A stretch of DNA of 40,277 nt from Candidatus Eiseniibacteriota bacterium. Its GTDB lineage: Bacteria > Arandabacterota > Arandabacteria > Arandabacterales > Arandabacteraceae. Shown here piece by piece: positions 28,478 through 39,400 of this stretch. Each line of letters opens with the position of its first letter. Within the stretch, counting starts at the first letter, position 1. The stretch is taken from assembly GCA_043810925.1 (NCBI GenBank), contig JBDRNT010000115.1:1-40277 (forward strand), in the 5' to 3' direction. Under the pieces are notes generated by a model. It was not told the origin of the DNA. It saw nothing but the letters and a program-made list of their open reading frames with translations, and did no database searches. Both the position numbers and the translations under genes were made by a program.

Positions 28478-29287
28478 ATGAGTGCAAAATTCAAATTGAG
28501 TGTCGTTTGTCTGGTATGTCTGGTGCTGTGTATTCTCCTGCTACCCGGCTGCTATGGGAGGAGAATCTACGAAATCGAGACGCAGATCCGGCGTCAAAAC
28601 AGAAATCTTGCAGCGATCAAAGACTCGCTCGAGCACGTGTCCGGTTCGGTCGCATACCTTGACTCGACGGTTGGATCGAAGTCCGCGCCGATACGCAGCT
28701 CAAGGGCGATTACGGAGAGCAGGGTGGACGAAATTCAGACCCGGTTGGAGATTCTCGAATCCCTCGTTAAGGAAAACAGGTACAGGCTCGCGCAGATTTC
28801 CATGCGCAGAGAACAGGGGCCGGGAGGACCGGATGCCGGGGGGATGACTGGCGGAACTGCTCCGGCCGACACATCTATGCTTCAGGCCTCGGTCGCGACC
28901 CACCTGTATGAGACCGCGTATGTGGACTTCGTCAAAGGCAACTTCCAATCCGCGATAAGCGGGTTCAGGGATTTCGTGAAGCGATTTCCCATGACCGATT
29001 TTTCGGATGACGCTCAGTTCATGATCGCCCAGTCGTTTTTTGTCCTCGGTGAATATACGAATGCCGTGGCTGAATTCCGTAAGGTCCTTGACGAGTATCC
29101 CTCCGGGGATAAGGTGCCTGAGGCGATGTATAAGCTGGGGCTCTCCTATCTCGAACTGGACGATACCGAAACCGCAAGGGAGTATTTCAAGATACTTGTA
29201 ACGCGTTACCCCACGGCGGTCGAGACGAAACAAGCCCAGGAGATGCTGGACTCAATGCCGCCCCCATCTGAGGACGAGGGTATTTAG
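28478..29287 (+). CDS. cpoB: Tol-Pal system protein CpoB/YbgF (coiled coil plus TPR)
   Basis: Lipoprotein-like signal (LPGC), coiled coil, TPRs (DDAQFMIAQ, YP.GDKVPEAMYKLG). Follows pal. Confidence 0.88.
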   Translation: MSAKFKLSVVCLVCLVLCILLLPGCYGRRIYEIETQIRRQNRNLAAIKDSLEHVSGSVAYLDSTVGSKSAPIRSSRAITESRVDEIQTRLEILESLVKENRYRLAQISMRREQGPGGPDAGGMTGGTAPADTSMLQASVATHLYETAYVDFVKGNFQSAISGFRDFVKRFPMTDFSDDAQFMIAQSFFVLGEYTNAVAEFRKVLDEYPSGDKVPEAMYKLGLSYLELDDTETAREYFKILVTRYPTAVETKQAQEMLDSMPPPSEDEGI

Positions 29288-29289
29288 CA

Positions 29290-31182
29290 GTGCTGCCCCG
29301 TGTGAAGCATCTTCTCCGGGCCACAGGCATAAGTGACGAGAGAATAGAAGAAGCATACCAGATGATAAAGGGATCGGGCAGGTACCCTGCCCGAATGCCC
29401 TCCCACTATCTCGCCATAGCCATCGAACTCATAGAGATGGATCGCCGGAAACCCGGGGCCGTGCAGATCTACATAAGTCCCAAGCCGACCAAGTATGCCC
29501 TCGGGCGTCCGTCGGTCACCTTCGCGGTCCTTGCGCGTGACTGGGCCGGGTTGATCAATTGCTGCACGGGTACGCTTCACGAGAAGGGGTTTAACATCGC
29601 GTTCTGTGAGGCCGTCATCATCGACGAACCCGACCAGAGCGTCGCCCTGGTCTTCATGGAAATCGACGTCGCCGAGCAGACGGAATTCGAGCACCTCCTG
29701 AGTCTTGAGCCTGAGATAGAGGTGACGCTAGTAAGAACAGCGGCCGAGGAGACGGGCAAGGGCGAGTTGCTTGCGATGGAGACCAAGAAAGCGGAACACT
29801 ACTCGCTTGTGGTCGAGGAGCTTAAGAAGATCGCCAAACCGTCCTCGCACGCAGCCTTCTTCGGAGACAAGGGTGAGGCCGTCAGGTTCTTTGGAGCGCG
29901 GACCCTGGCTTATCTCATCGAACGCAGACCGGAGGATCTTGCCGATCTCATCAACACCAACCATAGGTTCATAGCCGGTGTCAGAAAGACCTCAAAGATA
30001 TATGCGAAGGTCGATAACATCGCCACCCCTGCGGGTGAACTCACAGGCATTTCGGTGGCGGGCTTCGAACACGACGTCTCCATGGGTGATTGTTTTCGAA
30101 TGATAGATGAGGTGGTCCCCGGGTACCAGCGCAAGTATGACAAAGTTTTCATTACAGGTGACAGGGTGAATGTGATCAGGATCGAGATAGTAGATGCCAA
30201 GGAAAGAGGCCTGACGCCCGATCAGCAGGTTGAACTCCGTGAGAAGATCATAAGCATCCAGGATGCCCCGGTCTGCGACAGGCTCTCACCCGGTGTCGAA
30301 CTCATAGGAAGGAAGATATGTCCGGTAATGCTTGAGGAGGAAAGGCAACTTAAGCTCCCGCAGGCCTACATGCACCCTCACAGCAGGTCGAATATCAAGG
30401 TGGTACTCGTTACCTCGGGAGCCGACCGGGGCCAGGCCTTCCGGTGCGTTGAGAAAATAAGCGAGATCAAGGGCCTCACGGCAGGAATGCCGGATCCGCC
30501 CTCGCTGGTGACCTCCGGAACGGGTGAGAGCGTGGTAGTACAGGAGGTCGTGATAATCGATGTCTGGGTGAATTTCGAGTCTTTCTTCGGCACTACCAAA
30601 GGTCCTTACAACGATGAAATGATACTCGTAGGAATAGAGAACGCGCTTAGAAGAGCCGACGACATAGGCCCCAAGATACGAATCTTTGACAGAACCGGCA
30701 GACAACTCAGGCGGGAAAGATCCGAGAAGATCTCCGGAATGGCCAAGGAACGGAAACTCGACCCTGAGATCGCCCGCCAGATACTTTCCAGGATGGGTGA
30801 CAAGCTGATTGTCTCGCCTACCGTATCCGACAACGAGGTATTCCAGCAGGTGCTGACCGGTATCGAGGCCATTACCGGCTGGATGGATGGCGACCGGGCG
30901 GCCCCGGTTACTGCATGGCGCGGGGTGGATCTCGGGCCTGCGGGTAGAGGAGCCTCTTACACCGTGTTTGCCGTGATTCACGAACCGAATCAGTTCGGCG
31001 TGGGCGAAGTGGTGAAGACCGCGTCCTCATTCGGTCTTGAAAGCTCGACTGTCGTAAACGGCAGCGACTACACGCTTGCCCTGCTGAGGCTCTCTCACCA
31101 GGGTAAATCGCTCGAGGAAAAAGAGGTCGCAGAGCTGTCGCTTAAGCTTAAGCCCGCAATGGGCGGCACCGGCGCCCCGTAG
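29290..31182 (+). CDS. Hypothetical protein with ACT-like domain(s)
   Basis: 630-aa ORF starting 2 nt after the cpoB stop. The segment VTFAVLARDWAGLINCCTGTLHEKGFNIAFCEA resembles an ACT domain. Confidence 0.6.
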   Translation: MLPRVKHLLRATGISDERIEEAYQMIKGSGRYPARMPSHYLAIAIELIEMDRRKPGAVQIYISPKPTKYALGRPSVTFAVLARDWAGLINCCTGTLHEKGFNIAFCEAVIIDEPDQSVALVFMEIDVAEQTEFEHLLSLEPEIEVTLVRTAAEETGKGELLAMETKKAEHYSLVVEELKKIAKPSSHAAFFGDKGEAVRFFGARTLAYLIERRPEDLADLINTNHRFIAGVRKTSKIYAKVDNIATPAGELTGISVAGFEHDVSMGDCFRMIDEVVPGYQRKYDKVFITGDRVNVIRIEIVDAKERGLTPDQQVELREKIISIQDAPVCDRLSPGVELIGRKICPVMLEEERQLKLPQAYMHPHSRSNIKVVLVTSGADRGQAFRCVEKISEIKGLTAGMPDPPSLVTSGTGESVVVQEVVIIDVWVNFESFFGTTKGPYNDEMILVGIENALRRADDIGPKIRIFDRTGRQLRRERSEKISGMAKERKLDPEIARQILSRMGDKLIVSPTVSDNEVFQQVLTGIEAITGWMDGDRAAPVTAWRGVDLGPAGRGASYTVFAVIHEPNQFGVGEVVKTASSFGLESSTVVNGSDYTLALLRLSHQGKSLEEKEVAELSLKLKPAMGGTGAP

Positions 31183-31218
31183 CGGCGGGTCTCCGTGCCC
31201 GACGAACTGGCGGGCCTC

Positions 31219-32094
31219 TCACCTGCCTACTATCAGGATGCCGGCGCAGATCAGGGCGCACCCGGCGATGACCGCACCGGATAGGGTCTCACCCAGCAAT
31301 ACGCACGCAATGATCACCCCGAAGACCAGTTCGGCCAGGAGCACTATCGCAGATGTGAGCGCGCCGATGTGTTTTATGGCCGCGGTCCAGATCAGGAAGG
31401 GTAGCACACTGCAGAAGACAGCGAGATAGACCACTGAAAGCCACACGTTTGCATCCGGCCTGATGGCGCCGCCAAGGCCCGGCAGCGCAGCCACGAGGAA
31501 GATTGGAAGCGTCCAGAGGAAAACACCGGTTACGAGCGGAATCTCGCGGAACGTGCGTCTGCTGACGGCCATCTTGGTAAACACGATGTAAAGGGCATAG
31601 CAAAGCGACGACCCCGTGATCAGGATGTCACCTCGCAGGCTCTGTACTCCATCGGGGGCCAGACTCTTTCCACCGACGACCAGATACACCCCACATACAC
31701 CGATGGCGAGCGCGATCAGTTTCTTCCGGCCTATGTGCTCCTTGAGCAACACAACGCTCAGTGGAGCAACCAGCACGACGCCTGAGTTTATTATCATGGC
31801 GGCCTTGGCGGCGGTGGTCTCGGTCTGCCCTATGAACTGAAGACCGAAGCTTCCCGCAAGTGTAAGGCCCAGAAGCAGGACGTACCGGTCTTTGAGATAC
31901 GAGGCCAGCACGGCCGCCTGCCCGGTCAGGAACACGATCACAAGAAGCACAATTGAGGCAGCGAGAAATCTTAAGAAGACGAAGGAATACGGTTCGATGT
32001 GTCGAAGGCCGACCTTCACCACACTGAACGAGGAGGCCCAGAGCAGCGCCGCCGCAACAGTCATCACAATGGGTGCACGGACTTGCCTGGTCAT
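31219..32094 (-). CDS. EamA/DMT family transporter
   Basis: About 10 TM helices, LWASSF..VK, FLRF, L.E.I, GD, ELVF......LLGE.L. Confidence 0.9.
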   Translation of the reverse strand: MTRQVRAPIVMTVAAALLWASSFSVVKVGLRHIEPYSFVFLRFLAASIVLLVIVFLTGQAAVLASYLKDRYVLLLGLTLAGSFGLQFIGQTETTAAKAAMIINSGVVLVAPLSVVLLKEHIGRKKLIALAIGVCGVYLVVGGKSLAPDGVQSLRGDILITGSSLCYALYIVFTKMAVSRRTFREIPLVTGVFLWTLPIFLVAALPGLGGAIRPDANVWLSVVYLAVFCSVLPFLIWTAAIKHIGALTSAIVLLAELVFGVIIACVLLGETLSGAVIAGCALICAGILIVGR

Positions 32095-32116
32095 CAGAAC
32101 CTGATGTAACCCCTCC

Positions 32117-32536
32117 CTATCGCACTATCAGCACAGAGCATGCGGCCCCTTCAGCAAGTTTTCTGCTCACGCCACCCATCATTTTCGAGCCGGGGCTTCC
32201 CGCCCCCGTCCTTCCGACCACGAGAAGATCGTACCCCCCGCGCTCTGCCTCATCGAGCAAGGCCCTGGCGGGCTCTTCTTCGCGAAGCAGTCTGCCCTCG
32301 GGATCGGCACCGATGGCTTTAACAGCGTCAACAGTGCTCTTCAGCACCCGTTTCCACTCTTGAAGATAGCCTTCCATCATATCGGAACTGACATCTGATG
32401 CATAGACCCGCGGGAAATAGGCGACCGTGGCAACCGTCAACGCAGCGGAGTATGTCTTGGCCACTTCTCCGGCAATTCTCGCGGCCTTAAGCGAGGTGCC
32501 CGACCCATCTGATGCGACCAGTATCCTCTTGAACAT
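32117..32536 (-). CDS. Universal stress protein
   Basis: MFKRILVASDGS, DLLVVG..G, GGVS.KL...A.CSVLIVR. Confidence 0.92.
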   Translation of the reverse strand: MFKRILVASDGSGTSLKAARIAGEVAKTYSAALTVATVAYFPRVYASDVSSDMMEGYLQEWKRVLKSTVDAVKAIGADPEGRLLREEEPARALLDEAERGGYDLLVVGRTGAGSPGSKMMGGVSRKLAEGAACSVLIVR

Positions 32537-32542
32537 CGGCTC

Positions 32543-33394
32543 CTACCCCTTTCCTTGTCCCGCAGTGTACCGGGCCTTCAGCTCCTTCAGCCGGCTCAGC
32601 ACCTGCTTGCGCCGTCCCTTGTATCGTCTTAGTGACGGTTCGATCCAGGACTCAACGTGTTTGTCGAGCCACGAGAGCCCCCACCTCGGCTCGTCACCCG
32701 TGGCCAAGAACTTTCCTTCACCGGCGTAGACTTCGAGGTCTCCGACCGAACCACATATGGGACATACTATGTTCGGAGGCTCGATCCTGAAGAAATCGCT
32801 CGCACAGATGGGACACGCTGCGCTTCTCTTGCTCTCGGGCACCGGCGTTCCGTGTGCGAGCTTCCTCCCCACCTCATCCAGATGCCCGGCCACGCGGTCG
32901 TCCATGAGAACTTCTCCCGGCCCTTCGGCAACGAGGTGCATGCTCTCGACCACCTCGAACCCAAGGAGGCTCGCAGTCATGTTGATCACGGGCCGCGCGA
33001 CGCCGCGCCAGTTGTGGTTTCCCATGATCGCGAGAGTCACTGCGGGCCGAGGCGCGGCCGCCGAGCTCTCCCGTCCTTTCATTGTAAGCAGCCTGTCAAG
33101 CAGTGCGACGAGCACCGCTGGAGGCATCAGGAAATAGACCGGCCCGGCAAGTGCAAGCGCATCTGCTGAGCCGACGGCCTCAAGGAGAGTGTAAAGGTCG
33201 TCTTCGAGCGGACAGACGGTGTCTTCGACCAGGCATTTGAAGCATCCCAGGCAGGCCTCAATCCTGAAATCCGTGAGGCGGACGAAATCCGTCCGGGCAC
33301 CTTCCTCGGCCGCCGATGCGAGTATGGTCTTGATCGAGGTCTCGCAGTTACCCCATGGCCTCTTTGAGGCCGATATCCCAAGTAGTTTCTTCAA
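32543..33394 (-). CDS. Iron-sulfur flavoprotein / flavodoxin-fold FMN reductase family with C-terminal CxxC-CxxC
   Basis: LLGISAS.R..GN, CLGCFKC....C...DD, PVYF, C-terminal CPIC...CPIC. Likely TTG start at 33394; the ORF track starts at 33460. Confidence 0.8.
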   Translation of the reverse strand: MKKLLGISASKRPWGNCETSIKTILASAAEEGARTDFVRLTDFRIEACLGCFKCLVEDTVCPLEDDLYTLLEAVGSADALALAGPVYFLMPPAVLVALLDRLLTMKGRESSAAAPRPAVTLAIMGNHNWRGVARPVINMTASLLGFEVVESMHLVAEGPGEVLMDDRVAGHLDEVGRKLAHGTPVPESKRSAACPICASDFFRIEPPNIVCPICGSVGDLEVYAGEGKFLATGDEPRWGLSWLDKHVESWIEPSLRRYKGRRKQVLSRLKELKARYTAGQGKG

Positions 33395-33517
33395 GTAAGG
33401 ATCCGCCTTGAACGAGCCGACTGCCGGAGCGAGTTTTCCAGATTCCAGGTTCCGTGTCAACTAATTGCTGGACATAGGCGGTCCGCTGCTTGAGAATATG
33501 GCGTTGGAGAAAATGAT

Positions 33518-34336
33518 ATGAGAGAGATCGCAGTCAGCTTTGAAAACGAAGGCCAGCTGCTCTTCGGCATGCTCCACTTGCCCGATGGCCGGTCCCCAAA
33601 CCCGTGCGCGGTCTTTCTGCACGGCTATACGGGGGACAGAATAGGCGATCACCGTATCCTCGTCAAAGCGGCGCGGGAGCTGTGCGAACACGGCATAGCG
33701 TGCCTTCGTTTCGACTTCAGAGGTTCGGGCGAGAGCCAGGGCGACTTCGCGAACATAACCGTCGCCGGCGAGATCAGTGATGCCATGGCAGCGATCGCCT
33801 ATCTTGATACCTTCGACGAGATTGACCCGGCACGCATCGGTCTCGTGGGTTTGAGTCTCGGTGCTGCGGTGGCCGCCTGTGTTTCGGCCAGAGAAAGTAT
33901 CAAATCGCTTGCTCTCTGGGCCCCGGCCGCGTTCGTCGACTACATGGTCGAGAGAGGCGGCGAGATAGTCAAGGATCCTTACGTATGGCTTCCTCCCAAC
34001 TTCAGCGATGCCATAAAGACGAAGGGCAAGGTGGATATCGGGGGCTTCGTGAGAGGCAAAGCCTACTTCGAGAGCATCAAAGAGTTTGATCCGTTGAGGC
34101 AAATCGCTAAATACAGCGGGCCTGTTCTCCTGATCCACGGTAGGGAAGACGAAGTTATATCACCAATGAATTCAGAGATGATGTACGACACCGTCAAAGG
34201 CAGACGCAGACTTATCATTATCGATGACGCCGACCATGCTTTCAGCTCAACACACTGGGAGAAGCAGGTCATTGAAGAAACGAGGTTGTGGTTCGAGCAG
34301 ACCCTCTTTGAAACCGGCCGGCAGGGACACCCCTAG
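33518..34336 (+). CDS. Alpha/beta-fold hydrolase
   Basis: LHGYTG, RFDFRGSGES.G, GLSLG nucleophile elbow, HG..D, ADH. Confidence 0.9.
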   Translation: MREIAVSFENEGQLLFGMLHLPDGRSPNPCAVFLHGYTGDRIGDHRILVKAARELCEHGIACLRFDFRGSGESQGDFANITVAGEISDAMAAIAYLDTFDEIDPARIGLVGLSLGAAVAACVSARESIKSLALWAPAAFVDYMVERGGEIVKDPYVWLPPNFSDAIKTKGKVDIGGFVRGKAYFESIKEFDPLRQIAKYSGPVLLIHGREDEVISPMNSEMMYDTVKGRRRLIIIDDADHAFSSTHWEKQVIEETRLWFEQTLFETGRQGHP

Positions 34337-36093
34337 CTGCCTGCCGCCTTCTTCTGATAGATGCTGAACGTCCCGATCTGGTCCACCCTGATGAAATTCG
34401 ACTTCACGTGTGCTTTCATCCGGGGGAAATCACTCCACCTCTCACCGGTGTTGAACCACGAGACCTGCTCAAGAATGAAAATCGTGACGTTGTTTCGTTC
34501 AAGCTCGCTTATGATCCAGCGATCGAGATCGGCGTTGGCACCGCTCGAATAGGTGACCCCGCGATGGAACCATAGGACGGGCTGGGGTGACGGGACATCG
34601 AGCAGACCATAGAAAAGCGTAAGATCCGGAAAGATGAAGAAGTTCTGCTTCTGCTCTTTGAGATACCTGTAGAGCCGCACGATGCTCTCAGCACTTATCT
34701 CGTGCCCTCCCATCCGGGTGGGCTCGGCCCACCTCAGGGGCTTCAGACCCCCGACGGCGACCGGTCGCGGAAACGTCGATCCCCTGAATATGTCGTGCAC
34801 TTTCCGATTCATGGAGACCTCTATACCCTTTTGCGATGCAAGAGCAACCACAATCACTACTATAGCGGCGACCGCCAGTCTCACACCTTTTGCCTTAGCG
34901 GTCAGACGCCCGGGTTCAGTGGCGACCGCCAGTCTCACACCTTTTGCCCTCGCGCTCGGACGCCCGGGCTCAGTGGTCATGCCCAACAGCAGTCCTACGG
35001 CGATAGCGAAACTTGTACCGGCGAAAGCGAGCGCGTTCTCTGGCTGGTTGAGGGTAGTATTGACGAACACATGCTGGAAAAGCACACAGTAAGCACACGT
35101 TGCGGCGGCTATGAGCCGACGCCTGGTAACCTGCCCCCTGCCGGTCGTCCGGGCACGGCGAATCGCCATGACAAGAGATCCCAGAGCGATGATCACGGAG
35201 CCCAGGATCATGAGATTGATCACGGGCTCGCCCCGCCCGCCGAAGAAGGGTCTCAGGAGACCGAACCACGACCTTGTGAAGCCGGCCAGTCTTTCCATCC
35301 CGAGATCGGATGCTACTCCGAAGAAGTACTCGACAAACGTGGCCGGATCGGACTTAAGGTAAAGCCAGAGCATGAAGCATCCGACGCTTGCGACGATGCC
35401 GACCAGAAAGACTCCCAGTCCCTTAAGGAGTCGCCTGCGGTCGTAGATGCCCACCGTCACAAGCAGCAGAGGGTAGACCGGAAACATGAAGGCGGCCACA
35501 TTCTGCTTGCTTATGAAAGATGAAAAGGCAAGACACCCGGAAAGACCGATGAGAAGACCACTCTTTCTGAAATCTTCCCGGTCACGCGTGATGGCGGCGA
35601 GCAGGACTGCAAGAGCAGCGAATGAGAAGAAGAACGCAGTCTGATCCACCCATGGGGTCCCGAACGGAGGGTAGAACCACACCGCCGTGAGCAATCCGCC
35701 CGCGTACGATAGGACCCTCATCGACGGCAGCACCAACCTTACTACGATCACGCTCAGGAGCGTCGCCACTACGTTGATCACCGCCGCCCCGACGATGTAG
35801 GAAAGATAAGATACGCCCAGGACTTTGAAGAAGAGAGCGTGGAGCCAGAATGCCATCGGCCCGAAGGGCAGCACAAAGTCGCGGTACGGTACCTGGCCCG
35901 AGAGGACCCTGTAGCTTCCATCAAAAAGAATGGACTGGTCGAACGGGTAGAAACCCCGCCGGCCCGCTTTGAGAGTGAGATAAAACGCGAAACCGGACAG
36001 GACAAGTAGCGCTACTACATCAAGTACCGCCGGCCATGGGCTCCTACTGTCATCTCCAGTAGTCCCCGCAGGGCTGTAGCCATCGTCAGTCAT
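34333..36093 (-). CDS. Polytopic membrane protein, GT-C/ArnT-like glycosyltransferase fold
   Basis: First loop DQ......Y.VL.GQVPYRDF..P.GP, about 12 TM helices, KQN motif, soluble C-terminal domain. Confidence 0.6.
   Translation of the reverse strand: MTDDGYSPAGTTGDDSRSPWPAVLDVVALLVLSGFAFYLTLKAGRRGFYPFDQSILFDGSYRVLSGQVPYRDFVLPFGPMAFWLHALFFKVLGVSYLSYIVGAAVINVVATLLSVIVVRLVLPSMRVLSYAGGLLTAVWFYPPFGTPWVDQTAFFFSFAALAVLLAAITRDREDFRKSGLLIGLSGCLAFSSFISKQNVAAFMFPVYPLLLVTVGIYDRRRLLKGLGVFLVGIVASVGCFMLWLYLKSDPATFVEYFFGVASDLGMERLAGFTRSWFGLLRPFFGGRGEPVINLMILGSVIIALGSLVMAIRRARTTGRGQVTRRRLIAAATCAYCVLFQHVFVNTTLNQPENALAFAGTSFAIAVGLLLGMTTEPGRPSARAKGVRLAVATEPGRLTAKAKGVRLAVAAIVVIVVALASQKGIEVSMNRKVHDIFRGSTFPRPVAVGGLKPLRWAEPTRMGGHEISAESIVRLYRYLKEQKQNFFIFPDLTLFYGLLDVPSPQPVLWFHRGVTYSSGANADLDRWIISELERNNVTIFILEQVSWFNTGERWSDFPRMKAHVKSNFIRVDQIGTFSIYQKKAAGS
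34867..34974. repeat. 54-bp in-frame tandem duplication inside the GT-C-like gene
   Basis: 34867-34920 and 34921-34974 differ at 5 of 54 positions. Encodes TEPGRPSARAKGVRLAVA / TEPGRLTAKAKGVRLAVA. Confidence 0.92.
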
Positions 36094-36475
36094 CGGCGCT
36101 CAGCAGGTAAATCAACCCGGCATTGAGGAGCATGACCCCGCCGACAATCTTGACAACATTCCCGGTGTTACGCGCGGGACAGCACTGATACTCTTCGACC
36201 TCCCAGGAAGCAATGCCCCACACACACAGGGATATACCGCTGACAAGGAGGCTGTAGCCTACGAATTTGCTTGTCCGCGGCGCTTCACCGTCTTTGTCCT
36301 GATCTGCTTCCGGGCCGTCAGGGCCGAGAAACGGTAAGCGGGGAGACAGCAGGTCTTCATCCGGCTCCCAGGCTGTGACAGAAGGCCTGATGTCTGCGGG
36401 TAGACCGGCCGCGGCACCAATCGGCAGAGACACATGCAGCACAAGCAGGATCAGGACACAAATCCTGGTCATCAT
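36086..36475 (-). CDS. Small hypothetical secreted/membrane protein
   Basis: Signal peptide, two C-terminal hydrophobic helices flanking YQCCPARN. Lies between the C25 gene and the GT-C-like gene and overlaps the start of the latter. Confidence 0.6.
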   Translation of the reverse strand: MMTRICVLILLVLHVSLPIGAAAGLPADIRPSVTAWEPDEDLLSPRLPFLGPDGPEADQDKDGEAPRTSKFVGYSLLVSGISLCVWGIASWEVEEYQCCPARNTGNVVKIVGGVMLLNAGLIYLLSADD

Positions 36476-36489
36476 GTCCGGGGTTACTC

Positions 36490-39400
36490 CTATCTCAGGA
36501 CGACTATCTTGCCCGAGTAAGGATAGGTGCTGCCCCTGGTCTTGGCAAGGTAAATCCCGGGAGCGACTCTGCTGCCGTCACGATCCATAAGATCCCATGA
36601 CACTGAAGCGGCTCCACGCGTCTTGACGATGGAGTTTACCAGTCTGCCCTCGACAGTGTAGATATCTACGGCAAACTGATCCGCTCGCCCGGTGAAAGAG
36701 ATCGTGAGCGCGCCGCGCGCCGGGTTGGGATACGCCCTGAAGGCAACATCCCCGGCCGGATCCGGGACTTCATCTATCCCTGTTACGACCGGCGTTTTAC
36801 ACCTGAACGAAACGTCGTCTATGTAGATACCCTCGGCAACATCTACATTGTCACTGATGAAGCCGAACTCGACCGTCACAGTGTCCCCGGGCTCGACCCC
36901 GGCCAGCATGTAATCCCACTCGGTCCAGCCGGATACGATATTAAGCGCACCTCGATCACCGAGCGCGCCCCCGCTGCCGATGAAGTCAAGCGTGTCGGCG
37001 ACACCGTTGGTGAGCACTATGACGTAGGCTCCGTCTGTACCGTACGTCGTGAAATCGTACCAGAACCAGAAGGACAGTCTGTTGTCCTCTCCTGCAATGA
37101 AGTCCTGGGATACGATATTCCCATCTGCATTCGATGGATACTCGTGGGTCGATTCCGATCCGAAGTACCAGCTCATCGAATCCGAGTGCGACCTGTATGA
37201 GCTCAGATGCCAGAGATCCGGGGCCCCTGCGTGCACCCAGGTCCCTTCGCCAGATTCTAAGTCATCCATATAGCACAGATCTCCGACACTGAAGTAAACG
37301 GTATCGGCGAAGTCGTAACCACCCGTGCCGTCTATGGCGACCTCAAGCATACCCAGATGTGCGAGCGGGCAGCCGGCTGAAACGGTAACCTTGTGCCTGC
37401 TGTAGCCCGACATGCCCGGGTCTATCTGTCCCGCGTAGGTGACGGAATCCTCTGCATCGAACTGTGGATCGAGGCCCGTCAGGTAAGCATCCACCTCGGT
37501 GTATGTAAGACCGCCATTCGCTATCTCAAGTGTGACGAGAACCGTCTCACCCGGCTCCGCAATCCAGTCACCGTCACCACCCAGCCGGTCGTCTATGCCG
37601 TATGAGGCGATATAAAGCACCGGCCCGGCAACTGTGACCGGCACCCTCGATGTCCACTGATTCGAAGTGGAGTCGGTGAGCATGAGGTCAAAGACGGCGA
37701 CGTCACCGTTTGCGAACGAACCGTCGAACTCAACCGTGAATCCGTTTCCGGTAACCTCCTGGCCTGCGCCGAGCTGTCCGTAGTAGACCGTGCTGTCTGT
37801 AACCGTGCAGAGTCCGTCGGTCGCACGCAGCGTGCCCCAGACACCCGAGTCGGGCTCGGTACCGAAGTTCTTGACGGTGACATCAAGATCGATCGTCTCA
37901 CCCGGGTTGGCCATCCCGTCACCGCCATCGCTGACGGCTGCCCCGGTCCAGGCGAGCATGATCCCGTGCATCACGACCGCTATCATCCGCTGGCCGGGCA
38001 CATGGTTGTTCGCGCTCACCGTAAGCAGCAGTGAATCGGGACTTGCCGTCGATACGGCAAGTGTCACGGCACCGGAAATATCCGTCCGGCCTTTCACGTA
38101 AAGATCGCTATCGTTCATAATGCATACCAGCGCACCTTCCACAACACCCGCAGCATCCTCAACCACAACCGTAAGCATGTCACCCGAAGCCATGACGCTG
38201 TCAGAAGCCGTCACGACCAGGGAGACCGGATCGTCCGTCCAGAGCGGCATCTCGGGATCTCCAAGCAGGTTGAGCTGGTATTCGTTCCACCTGTAGACGT
38301 TCTCACCACCGGCAAAGCCGACAAAAACAGCCTTACTCTCCGCGTGAGCTTCGCCGAGCGGGAAGACCTCATTTACGTAGATGGATTTCACGAACTCATA
38401 CTGGAACTTATCCGAATAGCCGAAGCCCGGGTTTCCCGGTGATCCCCAGCCATAACGGCTGTTTCCGATAAACGCCACACAGCCACCGTCGGGATTGTTC
38501 ATGAAACGCTCAGCTATGCAATCCCTGTCTATCGCCGCAGGCCAGCAGCCGATCGAATTCAAGATGAACGTGCGGGTTCCGTTCGTGACTTCACCTGCAT
38601 CCAGGTAATTGATGTAGCCCGTGCCCGCTCCCATCGAGTATTCGTTGCAGTGTCCGTCGTGCAGGATCATGTTCTGGCCGTCCGACATCGCATCCAGCAC
38701 GGTCTCCGGCGACTCATTGCCGAGCGACTCGTAGAGTTTAAGGATCGGGTCGAACCGCGGCGGGACACAGTCATCATCAATCATGTTGAGTCCGACGCCA
38801 CCATCAGTATAAGGACTCGTCCACATCACTTCGCCGGCCATCAGCATCTTGAGCGCATAATCGGCAGGCGGGCTCTTCTCGTAGGTGATGACCTTGTCGA
38901 CGAAGACGATGGCCTCGGCGATATTCTCGGCGGGAGCTCTTCCGACAAACACCTCCGGGTACATGTCGACGCTGTCGGCAACTTCCCCGTATGGCGTCAC
39001 CCCATTGGCATTCCAGGTGCCGTCAAGATCGCCGAAATAGAGATCACAGCGTATCTTGTTGCCCGCGACTCCGCCCATTTCACAGTCCATTGCGTACACG
39101 GTTCTGCTGGGAAGGATCCTTGTGTCTCCACCCAGCAACACCCATATAATGCCCCAGGTCTCATACGCATCCGTGATGAAGTTTCTGGCCTTCATCTGGA
39201 TATCGTCTCCCGCGTAGTTGGCCTCGATCCACTCAAGTGTCACACTTGTCGCGGGTATTCCACGCTGGTTCTTCCAGTCGACCAGCGGCTGGAAGTAGGG
39301 CACCATTGAGTCGGCGGTTACGATCACATACTCATACTCACCGGCCGGCAGCATGGATGGACTGAGAAAGCGCGGTCTTACGGTCGCCGGCTGGTACGCC

